From Phyllobates terribilis (Eukaryota), in contig NW_027362765.1 of assembly GCF_046119375.1 (NCBI RefSeq), positions 122,636,001 through 122,700,000 on the forward strand: 64,000 bases of DNA, read 5' to 3'. The notes beneath the pieces are model-generated. The model was not told where the DNA came from, searched no databases, and worked only from the letters and a program-made list of their open reading frames with translations. Both the position numbers and the translations under genes were made by a program. Below, in pieces: positions 34,985-46,764 of this stretch. Each line of letters starts with the position of its first letter. Position 1 is the stretch's first letter.

Positions 34985-35491
34985 AATTTAAATTAAAAAG
35001 CTTAGAGCTGCCTCCACCACAGGGGACCTCTCTCGACCCACCAGCGGACAGGCACCAGTATTGGGAGAGGGGGGCTGGCCGTCAGGGTTCACCGCGGCTC
35101 TGGCACAAACCCGGCGACACGGAGGTGGCACGGGCAGGAGCGGACTGGCCGTCTCGGCTTCTCACTTTTTGGATTTTAGAAGGGCATGACATGCCTATAT
35201 CTGTGTCTCCCCCTCCTTTTACTCCTCCACCTCTTTTCTTTTCGCATGACTATATGTACTTGTCACTTTTCCATGTGTTAGTTGTGTCTTCTGAGCAGTT
35301 TGTCAGCTTTTGGACACCTTTGAAGGTGTTTTCTATGTGTTTCTATGTGTTTTTGTTTGCCTGCCATTGGTTTTAACGGTGTTCGAAGGTGTTCGACGAA
35401 CAGTTCGACGAACAGTTCGGCGAACACACGGGTGTTCGACGAACCGAACCGAACTCGAACACTACGGGGGTGGCTCAACACTAGAGGCTAC

Positions 35492-35719
35492 ACTCCTCCC
35501 GTGGGGAGTTGTACTATTCCCTGCTGCACCCACAACACCAGCCTCAGCGGTCTGCTCTGCAGCGGCGGTTCACTCTGACCGCAATCCACGGGTGGCGTAG
35601 TCGGACATTACAAAACATATAGAAGACTGCCACTGGACCGGGTTGCCACTACTACCCCCATCAGCACCGTACACTAGAAGGCCCGGTTCCGAGTACCCCA
35701 CGGCCCAGGAGGCGAGTCA
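35492..35719 (+). mobile_element. 3' part of the LTR split by hAT copy 2
   Basis: Matches 14335-14581 and ends in GGCGAGTCA. Confidence 0.85.
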
Positions 35720-36493
35720 ATAGCAGCTTGCACATGTTCACACTTGCTTTATTCTGTTCTGAGGTGCTGGTCAGTTATTTTGTTTTTTGTAAAAATTAAT
35801 CCTAATCCATGTTTGTAAGATTTCAGTAGTAGCAAGGAGGTTTCAGGTTTAGCCAGTTTCAGATTGTCTTGACTACTCCTCCTCTTAATCCCACGAGAGA
35901 CACATCTTTATAGCCAGTGGAATTTGTCACAGAGTGCATCTTCTTACAGTCACCACTGTACTTACGAGAGCTTCAATCAAGATATCTTGAGTAAACAGTA
36001 TTTACTTCATACTGGTTAAACATGAGATACAATTCAGTGTCACACAGTCAGTGTGGTGCTGACATAACACATTCAGGAAAAAAGGAAACACACAGGAAGT
36101 AAAAACAACCAACAATAGAGAGCTTTCCTCCCACATTTACAGCTAGCATATAACTTTACACACTATCGCCATCTGCTGTCTGGTTAGTATAAAGTCCTCC
36201 TTTCACTTATAATAAGTCCTAATCTGTTGTATATGCCAACATTGTATATGCCAACAGAATTTAGTGCAGATTTTTTATATTCCTATTTGATCTGGCTCAA
36301 AATGATTTCTTTTTGTTCCAGAAGGTTCAGTCTCATAAGATCCCCATATTTACTGCAGAACCAGTAGATCAAGGGGAATCTAGTGCAGAATTATTATAGC
36401 ATACTATATATCCATATGATCTAGAAAAGTCCAGTACAAAATGGGGAATTTAGCAATCTCAAATGTAGTTTATTTGAAATGCAATCCAAGATA

Positions 36494-36532
36494 TGTAACG
36501 TTTCGGTCTAATACTAAGACATTCATCAGACA
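36494..36532 (-). ncRNA. Degenerate minimal hammerhead-ribozyme-like motif (Penelope type)
   Basis: Minus strand reads TGT-CTGATGA-A-TGTCT-TAGTATT-AGACC-GAAACGTT-ACA: both conserved core boxes, stem II, a palindromic AACGTT and a TGT/ACA stem I. Confidence 0.55.
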
Positions 36533-37879
36533 GATTGCTATTTGGATGATGTGTTGGGAAATAGCGCTATATAGAAAAGGGTAGCAGCCCAACGATCAGC
36601 GCCCTAATATCTGCCACTTCCAGATGATCCCATAAAGTTCAGTGTAGATTTATTATAGCCTCAGGAGAGGGCAATGGGTATTTATAACATTGAACTATAA
36701 TGTAGACAGGTCAACTGTGTGCTTGTTGCAGTACTATGACATCAAGAGTAAAAATTCAAAAAAGGGTTTTTACAATCGCAGGAGATCCATAGGAGTGGAA
36801 TACGGATTTAATATAAAGCACAGATTTATTATAGGATATTTAGAGAATACTTCGCAGCCAAACTTTCTGCACCCCTTACATCAGACGATCGATGTAATAC
36901 GTAATGTGAAGATGAAACTCCATCCATTATGTGGAATCAGTATAGCAGAACTACGCACAATGCACAGCCATTACATATAATCATTAGAGTATGAAACCCT
37001 CATCATTAAACTACAAAAGTGTTTTGTTCTCTTCTTCAAAAGAACAGTGCGTATTTGTGCTGAATATCAGACAGCAACAAGATAGTGCCGACATGACTGT
37101 TGATCCCGGGGGAAAAAGACTATTCAGATAAATCTATTCTCCTTGTCAACTCTTTACTTGAAAAAAAATAAAAGAATCTTTATAGAATGAGTAAATCTTT
37201 TGAAACTGCCAATTTGCCACCTTTGTGGCATTTTTCCCAAAAATTTAACTTGTGGTAAAACGATTTGCCACAAATTACAAGTACTGCAAAGTCACCAATT
37301 ACTCTGAAAACTTGTGTGTAATAGTTTGAGGTTTCCTAGGCCTGCTTCAAGCTCAAACACAGGCTTACTAATGACAAAGTGACCTCAACATATCTGGCTA
37401 TGGGTAAATGGATGGTAGAGGCTTTTCATTGCTGTCCTGTCATACACAATCTGTGATTTTTATTCAGTGTTGTAAAGCTTTCTATCCTCTCACTATCCAG
37501 ATTCACTGCAAAGCAGCTGCTTCAATCCCTGCCTCTGCTTTTATACAGACAACAATTGTCCTTCCTGATTGGCTGCTCTATACCCTATTATGTAATAGTA
37601 GCAAAGCATTTTGGGGAGGCCTGCGTGGCTGTGCTTGAAATTTTCTATTTTGTGTAAAGGGGTGGTGGGAATTTTTTTGATACGCACAAATCGAATCACA
37701 AATTGTTTGAATTCGCCAGGTCCAGGGAATTTCCTAAAATTCTCTACATTCTGAAAACCTCTGACTCAGCTGAACTTGTATTAATCATCCAAAACTTGTC
37801 TTTTAGTAAGATAGACTCCTCAAAAAAGATGGACAGAGTGCATGATATATTGTGAGACTAAACATTTGCTGTAAAAAAA

Positions 37880-38620
37880 AATCTGTACATGAGGTAGTAT
37901 TATAGAACTTATATTCTTGTACAAAGGATTCAATATTATAGTAATAGTTACATTCTTGTAAATAGGGGGCAGCATTATAGTAGTTTTATTCTTGTACATA
38001 GGGGTCAGTATTATAGTAGTTATATTCTTGTACATAGGGGACAGTATTATAGTAGTTATATTCTTGTACATAGGAGCAGTATTATAGTAGTTTTATTATT
38101 GTACATAGGGGACAGTATTATAGTAGTTATATTCTTGTACATAGGGGACAGCATTATAGTAATTATATTCTTGGACATAAAAGCAGCATTATAGTAGTTA
38201 TATTCTTCTACATAGGGGCAGTATTATAGTAGTTATATTCTTGTACATAGAAGGCAGTATTATAGTAGTTATATTCTTGTATATAGGGGCAGTATTATAG
38301 TAGTTATATTCTTGTACATAGGGGGCAGTATTATAGTAGTTATATTCTTCTACATAGGGGGCAGTATTATAGTAGTTATTGTGTTGTACATAAGGGCAGT
38401 ATTATAGTAGTTATATTCTTGTACATAGGGGACAGTATTATAGTAGTTATATTCTTGCACATATTTGCAGTATTATAGCAGTTATATTCTTGTAAATAGG
38501 AGGCAGTATTAAAGTAGTTTTATTCTTGCACATAGGAGCAGTATTATAGTAGATATATTCTTGTATATAAAGGACTGTATTATAGCAGTTATATTCTTGT
38601 ACATAGGGGGCAGAGTTATA
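37880..38620. repeat. Minisatellite, ~35-37-bp unit
   Basis: Recurrent GGCAGTATTATAGTAGTTATATTCTTGTACATAGG. Confidence 0.95.
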
Positions 38621-38905
38621 TTAGATGTATTATTAATCAAAAAGGTCATTGTGAGGCTCACTTGGTAAGATGGATTCAATAAGCCACAGGTCAGGGTATG
38701 CACATAAACTAAGGGTTACAGAACAGCAGCAAGGACAAGGAAAATGGACTATACTGGATAGCATGCAATAAAGCGGACCAGGACACATTGAAAGCCACAG
38801 GAGATTACAGAGATGATTACAGTATAACTTGAATAGTCTCTAAATACCCGTTCTTAATGCTTCTAGCATACAACTGGCAGCAGCAAGCAGCAAGCCTGAG
38901 GAACA

Positions 38906-39166
38906 GAATGATAATTTATTTATGAAAACAATCCAGAAAACAAGAAATGTTTTGGTATGTAATTTGACCTTCATCAGTCTCCAGATTGATTTCAGAATAA
39001 GCGCATGTACAGTGCTGAGAGAGTAATGGACATGAGGACACCGCATTACACTCTCAGCGCTGTACATGCGGTTATTCTAAAATCAATCCAGAGACTGCTG
39101 AAGGTCGAAATACAGACCAAAACGTTTCTTATTATCTGGATTATTTTCAGAAATAAACTATCATTC
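38906..39166. repeat. ~260-bp imperfect palindrome; each arm holds a degenerate hammerhead-like motif
   Basis: The arms pair around a ~15-nt spacer near 39036. Right arm CTGCTGA-A-GGTC-N8-GACC-AAAACGTT (39091-39130); left arm on the minus strand CTGATGA-A-GGTC-N8-TACC-AAAAC (38942-38981). Confidence 0.75.
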
Positions 39167-39359
39167 TTTTGAATCACACATGAGTGCCAAGTTTTCTAAA
39201 TATGCATAGTAAAATAGACTGACATGTTTCCAGCGACTGTATCGCACTTAGTCATAGTCTTTGACTCAGGCCTGCAGGTTAACAACTAGTTAACACATAA
39301 TTTGGTTTATGCATTACAAATGGTTGTATATACGAAATAGTTGAAACAGCATATAAATG

Positions 39360-39639
39360 GGTTCACATAGTAAAATATTCTGATCCCTTTCTTGTGGCTG
39401 TATCATCCTTAGTCACACACTCACAGTCTAAAGAGGTCTACATTTGTGAATCTAACATGGTAAGATAAATTGACGTGTTTTCGGCAACTATATCGCCCTT
39501 AGTCCTAGTCTTCAGATACCGTCACCGGAAACCCGTCAGTTTATTCTACCATGTTAGATTCACAAATATAGACCTCTTAACTGTGACTAAGGGTGGTATA
39601 GTAGTTGAGAACGCATCAGTATATTTTACTATGTGAACC
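39360..39639. mobile_element. Palindromic MITE-like element
   Basis: TIR GGTTCACATAGTAAAATA plus a second internal inverted block (GAGGTCTA.ATTTGTGAATCTAACATGGTA). No clear TSD. Confidence 0.6.
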
Positions 39640-39864
39640 TATTCACAGCACGAAGTAGAGTTTTAGGTGCAATTGTAAAATTAAGACAAGGCTCTTGACA
39701 ATATATTGTAACACATTTATATTTTCCAGAAGACTCTGAAACCGAATTGTTGGTTGTGAGCAAATTTAGCCCTAGGAAGCAAAAAAAGCAAATTTTCTTG
39801 ATGGGAGTTTGAATAAATTTGTAAATATTGTTTAATAGACTGATTGATTCTCTCAATTTGCCCA

Positions 39865-41296
39865 TTACTTTGAGGCGGAGGAGAAGTCTAAGGAGATCTT
39901 TAAATTCTTGCAGAGCACCCTCCAGAACCTGGAAACAAATTGAACACCACAGTCAGAGGTTATGCAAGCTGGGAGAATGTGGGACTGGAAAACATTTGCA
40001 ACTGTGGAACAGTGGAACTGTGGAACAGATGGGCGTCCAGATAACTTGTGCCTCAGGAAGTCCATAGAAATCTCAGCTTTGGCCTCTTGTTGTATAGTAA
40101 GAAGCTGAAGAGAACGAAGAGGTGCTTGACATGAGGATTTGAACTGTGCACACTGAGTGCAAGATGGAATGAATTCTTTGATGTCTGTTTCCATTTAGGT
40201 CAACAGTAAAAACGAGAAAGGAGTTCTGCAGTTTGCTTAACTCCTTTGGGACTGGAGATAAGACAAGAGTGTGCCCAAGATAAGACTTTCTGGCAGAGTG
40301 CTTTTGAGGCTAGAGAACATACATTAGGTGGAGAATTGGAAGAAGAGATGGTAGCAAGAATTTGTTCATGTTCAATTATATGAGAGGGCACATTTTTAGA
40401 GGCATCACAATGATCAAAGGACCTGGACAGGGCATCAGCCCTGGGTTTTTTCTTAGCTAGACTGTAGGTGAGGATGAAGACAAACCGTGAGAGAAGAATT
40501 ACCATTGAGCTTGGCAGGATATTGAAAATATTCAAATTCTTTATGTTGAAAATAGGTAGTAACTGGGAACTTAGCTCCTTCAAGTGTCGTCATTGCTCTA
40601 GAGCTTTTTATATGGCTAAGAGCTGATGGTCACCAATTGAGTCATTCCATTCTGTTGGAGAGAATTTCTTGGAGAAGAATCCGTAGGCATGATTTCTTGA
40701 TTCAGAGGAATTTTTTGAGACAACTGCTTCTACACCAATAGCAGAGGCATCCACTTTAAAGAACAACAGTCTGTTGACACCAGGATATTGTAGTATTGAA
40801 GCAATGGAAAAACAAGATTTAAGTTACTTGAAGGTTTGAACAATGAAATCTGACCAGTTCCGAGAATTAGCGCTTTCCGATTTAGGGTTGTAAGAGGAAC
40901 AACTATTTGAGAGTAAATTTAATGAACTAGAGTTAAAAAGTTTGCAAATCCGAGGACTCTTTGGAGAGCTTTGAGACCAATAAGTTGTGGCCAATCCAAA
41001 ATAGCAGAAACTTTCTCTAGATTTATACAATGACCCCAGATGAGGTGATGTATCCGAAAAATGGTGTTCAAATAAATATTGTCCCAACTTGGCATAAAGA
41101 TGGTTTTGGCACAGTCTCCTAAGAATAGAGCAGACATGAAGATAATGTGAGTCTAGATCTCTGGTGAAGATTAGGATATCATGAAAGATCTCATTAACTG
41201 GAATACAGCCAGTGTGTTGCATAATCCAAAAGGCATGACAAAATATTCATAGTGACCATCACGGGTGTTGAACACCATTTCCATTTGTCACTCTCA
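39865..41296 (-). mobile_element. Degenerate Ty3/Gypsy pol (RT, RNase H end, integrase)
   Basis: FNTRDGHYEYFVMPFGLCN, DILIF...LYAKL, ADALSRS, C..C...ISMDF and SDCGVQFVSRFWR. The RT continues weakly at ~45766-45830 beyond the piggyBac-like insertion. Confidence 0.9.
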
Positions 41297-42817
41297 TTAA
41301 CCGGTTCCCGACCGCCCACTGTAGATAAACGTCGGCGCTTGCCGGGCTCTGTGCAGTGCCGACGTTTAAAAACGGTGGGTGGTCTCGCAGTGCTCAGGAC
41401 CCCCAGGGTCCTGCAAGCACTGCGATTCCGGTGCAGAGCGTTAGCTCTGACAGGGTACATCATCGGGACCTGATTAGATCAGGTCCCAGTGATGTTAACC
41501 CTTTGCTGTCTTCTATATGCTGTGATCTATAGTGATCACGGCATATAGGAGACAGCAGGAACAGAGGGGGTCGTCATACTTACCTCCGAAGACCTCCGTT
41601 TCCTTCCAGGACCTGGGGTTGCTATGGCAGCTGGAGGTCACATGACCGCCTCCAGCTCTGCCATATATGGTGTCCTTCCTGTCTGACTTCAGCCTGTATG
41701 TAGCTGATGCCAGACAGGAAACTGACTGAAACAGTCAGTGAAGATCTCATATAATGTAATATATGTGTATTACATTACATGAGATCAGTGATCAGAAAAA
41801 TAAAAATTAATGTCCCATACAGGGACTAAGTAAAAATGTAAAAAAAAGTAAAAAAAAAAGTTTTTAAACTATTAAAAAAAAAAATCACAAAATAAATAAA
41901 TATAAATAAATAAAATATTAAACCAATAAATCCGTAAATTATTACAAAACCAAAAAAAGTACACATATTTGGTATCGCCGCGTCCGAAACAACCCGAGCT
42001 ATAAAACTGTCACACTAATTAACTCCTTCTGTGCACACCGTAATAAAAATAAATAAAAAACGAAGAAAAAAAATATGCTTTTTCATCATATCGCCAAACA
42101 AAAAGTGGAAAAAAATGCAATCAAAAAGCAGAATAGAAATAAAAATGGTACCACTGAAAACGTCATCTTGTTCTGCAAAAAAAAGCCGCCATACAGCTCC
42201 ATCAGCCAAAAAATAAAAAAGTTATAGTGCTCAGAATAAAGCAATGCAAAAAAAATATTTTTTTTTCTATAAAATTGTTTTATTGTGTAAAAGCGCCAAA
42301 ACATGAAAAAAATACAGTAAGTGTAGTATCGCTGCAAACGTACTGACCCGAAGAATAACGCTGCCTGATCACTTTTACCACACGCAGAACGGCATAAAAA
42401 AAAACTCAAAAAACAATTCCTGAAGTGTTTGTTTTTGTTAACTTTACCTCCCAAAAAACGGAATAGAAAGCGATCAAAAAATGTCACGTGCCCAAAAATG
42501 GTTCCAATAAAAATTTCAACTCGTCCCGCAAAAAACAAGCCATCACATGACTCTATCGGCCGAAATATGGAAAAATTATAGCTCTCAAAATATGGTGATG
42601 CAAAAACTAGATTTTGCAAAAAAAAGCGTATTTTAGTGTGTGACAGCTGTCAGTCATAAAAACCCGATATAAATCTGGTATCTCTGTAATCGCACCGACC
42701 CGAAGAATAAAGTAATCTAATCAGTTATATCACACTAGGAACGGCATAAAAAATAAATAAAACAAATATTCTTCACCTGCTACTGATTTGTTTATTATGT
42801 CTCCCAAAGATCCCAGT

Positions 42818-43205
42818 AAGGCTCTGCTCACATTTATCCTGTGTTCTGCGCTGAGCACTTACACCAGAGTTTCCGTGTAAATCTCTGAAATACGTGATTC
42901 AGCCAGAACCCATGACGGTAGATTCCCTGTAATGAGGCAGATATAGGCCACTGTGGATGCCGTCTAGCCTGGGATCCCACGGTGTCATTTGTTTTAGGCG
43001 TGCATAAAAGTGCGGTTGGCCACAGTTTTGTGCACTTCTGAAAAAAAGGACACCACTAAACAGAGGCCAGACGGAGTCCAGAGTAGCTCTGCTGCCTCAT
43101 TACTGTGAATGGATCCTGCAGGGGTTTCATCTGAATTACATCACTTGGAAAATTAGATGGAAACCCCGATGTAAGTGCTCAGCCTAGAGCGCCGGATAAA
43201 TGTTA
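42818..43205. mobile_element. Nested MITE (Harbinger-like)
   Basis: Inverted arms ACATTTATCC...GCTGAGCACTTACA / TGTAAGTGCTCAGC...GGATAAATGT. Confidence 0.55.
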
Positions 43206-43639
43206 CGTAAAATGTTCCCAATAAAAGCTTCAACTCAGTCCTCAAAAAAAGCTAGTCCCCACTCAGGTCCATCATCTGTTAAAAATATAAGGGACTTCCA
43301 AGTTACTGGTAGCAGAAAGGCTCTGGAAAAGCAAAATGGTCCTTGCCCCCCAAAAGAAATTCAGAAAATTTTGTGCTCCCAAATCCAAATGCCTATTCTA
43401 CAATAATTTGTTCTCCAATTGTCAAATAGCGCTCCTTCCCCCTCAAATCTCACCGTATGGCTAAGTGGTACGATACAGCCACATATGGGGTATTGACACT
43501 TTTAGAAGAAATTGTGTGACACATTTCGGCACCATTTTTACCCATTGCCCTGTGTGAAAATGTAAAATCTGAGGGTAAAACATTTTTTGTGGTAAAAATA
43601 TAATTATGCTTTTTTCACTGCCCAATGGTATAAATTTAA

Positions 43640-45130
43640 AAATTAAAAAATGCTCACTACTTCCCTAGATGAATTCCTTGAGAGGTGTAGTTTACAAAAT
43701 GGGGTCACTTGTGGGGGTTTCTGCTGTTTTGGCATGTCAGCGACTCTTCAAATGTGACATGGCGTCTGTGCCTATCCCAGCCAACATAGCGCTTCTTTCT
43801 CTTCCGAACCCTGCCGTACACCAAAGCAGTGATTTTCACCCACATATGGGGTATCGGCGTGTTCAGGAGAAATTGCACAACAAATTTCATGGTGCAATTT
43901 TTCCTGTTACCCTTATGATAATACAAAATTAGGGAATGAAAAACATTTTTTGAGGGAAAAATGTGAAAATTTTATTTTTACGGCTCAATATTATAAACTT
44001 CTGTGAAGTAGCTGGGGGTGCAAGGTGCTCACCACACATCTAGATAAGTTCCCTAAGGGGTCTAGTTTCCAAAATGGTGGCACTTGTGGGGGGTTTCCAC
44101 TGTTTAGGCACATTAGGGGCTCCCCAAATGTGACACGGCGTCCGCTAATTATTCAAACAAATTTTACATTCAAAAAGTCAAATGGCGCTCCTTCCCTTTC
44201 AAACCCTGCCATGCGCCCAAACAGTAATTTGCCTCCACATATGGGGTATCGGCGTGTTCAGGAGAAATTGCACAACAAATTTCATGGTGCAATTTATCCT
44301 GTTACCCTTATGATAATACAAAATTAGGGAATGAAAAACATTTTTTGAGGGAAAAATGTGAAAATTTTATTTTTACGGCTCAATATTATAAACTTCTGTG
44401 AAGCAGCTGGGGGTGCAAGGTGCTCACCACACATCTAGATAAGTTCCCTAAGGGGTCTAGTTTCCAAAATGGTGGCACTTGTGGGGGGTTTCCACTGTTT
44501 AGGCACATTAGGGGCTCCCCAAATGTGACACGGCGTCCGCTAATTATTCAAACAAATTTTACATTCAAAAAGTCAAATGGCGCTCCTTCCCTTTCAAACC
44601 CTGCCATGCGCCCAAACAGTAATTTGCCTCCACATATGGGGTATCGGCGTGTTCAGGAGAAATTGCACAACAAATTTCATGGTGCAATTTATCCTGTTAC
44701 CCTTATGATAATACAAAATTAGGGAATGAAAAACATTTTTTGAGGGAAAAATGTAAAAATTTTATTTTTACGGCTCAATATTATAAACTTCTGTGAAGCA
44801 GCTGGGGGTGCAAGGTGCTCACCACACATCTAGATAAGTTCCCTAAGGGGTCTAGTTTCCAAAATGGTGGCACTTGTGGGGGGTTTCCACTGTTTAGGCA
44901 CATCAGGAGCTCTCCAAACGCAACATGGCGTCTGCTAATTATTCAGACAAATTTTACATTCAAAAAGTCTAATGGCGCTCCTTCCCTTCCGAACCCTGCC
45001 GTGCGCCCAAACAGTGGTTTTCCCTCACATATGGGGTATCAGCACGCTCAAGAGAAATTGCACAAAAAAATTTGGGGTCCATTTTTTCATGTTACCCCTG
45101 TGAAAATAAAAAAATTGGGTCTAAAGTAAC
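43640..45130. repeat. 395-bp tandem repeat inside the piggyBac-like element
   Basis: Near-identical units begin at 44025, 44420 and 44815, plus a diverged upstream unit. Confidence 0.9.
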
Positions 45131-46399
45131 ATTTTTGTGAAAAAAGTTAAATGTTAATTTTTTTCTTCCACATTCCAAAAATTCCTGTGAATCACCTGAA
45201 GGGTTAATAAAGTTCTTGAATGTGGTTTTGAGCACCTTGAGGGGTGCAGTTTTTAGAATGGTGTCACTTTTGGGTATTTTCTGTCATAAAGACCCCTCAA
45301 AGTGACTTCAAATGTGATGTGGTCCCTAAAAAAATGGTTTTGTAAATTTTGTTGGAAAAATGAGAAATCGCTGGTCAACTTTTAACCCTTATAGCTCCCT
45401 AACAAAAAAAAATTTGGGTTCCAAAATTGTGCTGATGTAAAGTAGACATGTGGGAAATGTTATTTATTAACTATTTTGTGTGACATATCTCTCTGATTTA
45501 AGGGCATGAAAATTCAAAGTTTGAAAATTGCAAAATTTTCAAAATTTTCGCCAAATTTCCGATTTTTTCACAAATAAACGCAAGTGATATCGAAGAAATT
45601 TTACCACTATCATGAAGTACAATATGTCTCGAAAAAACAATGTCTGAATCAGGGGAATACGTTGAAGCGTTCCAGGGTAATTACTTCATAAACTGGCAGT
45701 GGTCAGAATTGAAAAAATTGGCCCGGTCACGAAGGCAAAAACAGGCTCTGGTGCGAAGTGGTTAATGTAGATCATCTAGAATGTCTTCCCATGAGTCTTA
45801 CCACAAAAAAACTTTGTCTTACATTGTAGAATTATATTAATGGTTTCAATCTCAACTTCAAAAAGCAGCTACTGAAGTAAAATCTTTTTTGTGTCTTTGT
45901 TGTGTTTTATTATGCAAAATCGTATTATTATTCTATAGTTTTGTCACTAATTGCTTCAGCTTAAGGCTCTAATAAGGAGATACATCAACAAATGTTTTTT
46001 TTTTATCTTTTTAAACACATTGTTTGTCAAGATGAAAAGAATAATTAACGAAAATTATAACAATTATATATTATATTATAACAATTATAATAATTAACCT
46101 TAAGCAAATGTGTTAGTTTATTGAACCATGGGCTATGTGGGGAAAATAATATGAATATGTTTACATTCTTATTCTTATTTCTATGAAATATTAATCAAAT
46201 ATTTTTTTGCTTTGTTCTGGAAAGTAGTGAGGAAAAGTCTATAAGACTTCATACACATGGAAAGCCATGTGCAAGAAACTGTAAAGAGGGTCTCCATTAG
46301 AGTCACTGGGTGTTGCATTTGGGCTCTGTACAACTCATAGCTAGACTTGAGATCCAGTGCAAGTGCCGTCATCCCTGGGGGTAGCGCATGCGTAGATCG

Positions 46400-46740
46400 A
46401 TAGTCCGGCTCTCGAAACATCATCAGGACTTTACTGCGCATGCTCTGACCCAGAAGTAACAGCACTTGAACAAGATCTTGGGCAAGGGAGCAGGTCACAG
46501 AGAAGACCTGTTAGTCACTGACAAGAGGCGGACAGGGAAAGAGGGAGAGAGGTCAGAGAGCTATAAGTGCAGTGTCAAGCCTCCTGCACTTGCTACTCAT
46601 TTGCATAAAAATTTGCAGATGGATTTCTATAAAACGGAGACATGGACCTGTAGAACAAAAGTATGGACATAATCAAAATTACAGGGACTTTACATAGATT
46701 TAGTTAGTTTAGAATCTAAAAACCTGCTGACAGGTTCACT
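46400..46740. mobile_element. T2/Kolobok-type MITE fragment (one end)
   Basis: Ends in ...AAAACCTGCTGACAGGTTCACT followed by TTAA. The other end was not found. Confidence 0.45.
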
Positions 46741-46764
46741 TTAAAAGTCTAGGATTTTCTTTAA

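Larger units (their letters stand above)
23262..35483 (+). mobile_element. Complete 12,222-bp autonomous-type hAT transposon, copy 2
   Basis: Exact 8-bp TSD GAGGCTAC (23254-23261, 35484-35491). Imperfect TIRs TAGAGATGAGCG / TAGTGTTGAGCC. GTTCG subterminal clusters at both ends. The flanks rejoin into a continuous LTR matching 14320-14400. Confidence 0.96.
41301..45761. mobile_element. Non-autonomous piggyBac-like element inserted at TTAA in Gypsy RT
   Basis: TTAA at 41297-41300 and 45762-45765. The flanks rejoin as IYINESDKW (cf. IRIREGDEW). Shares internal sequence with 16888-20576. Confidence 0.82.

Noticed and set aside
36690-36980. 96-aa ORF, and similar short ORFs at 14586-14760 and 62175-62825, as host exons
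   Set aside because: No recognisable domain and no convincing splice-site pair could be established by eye. A BLASTX or RNA-seq check would be needed.
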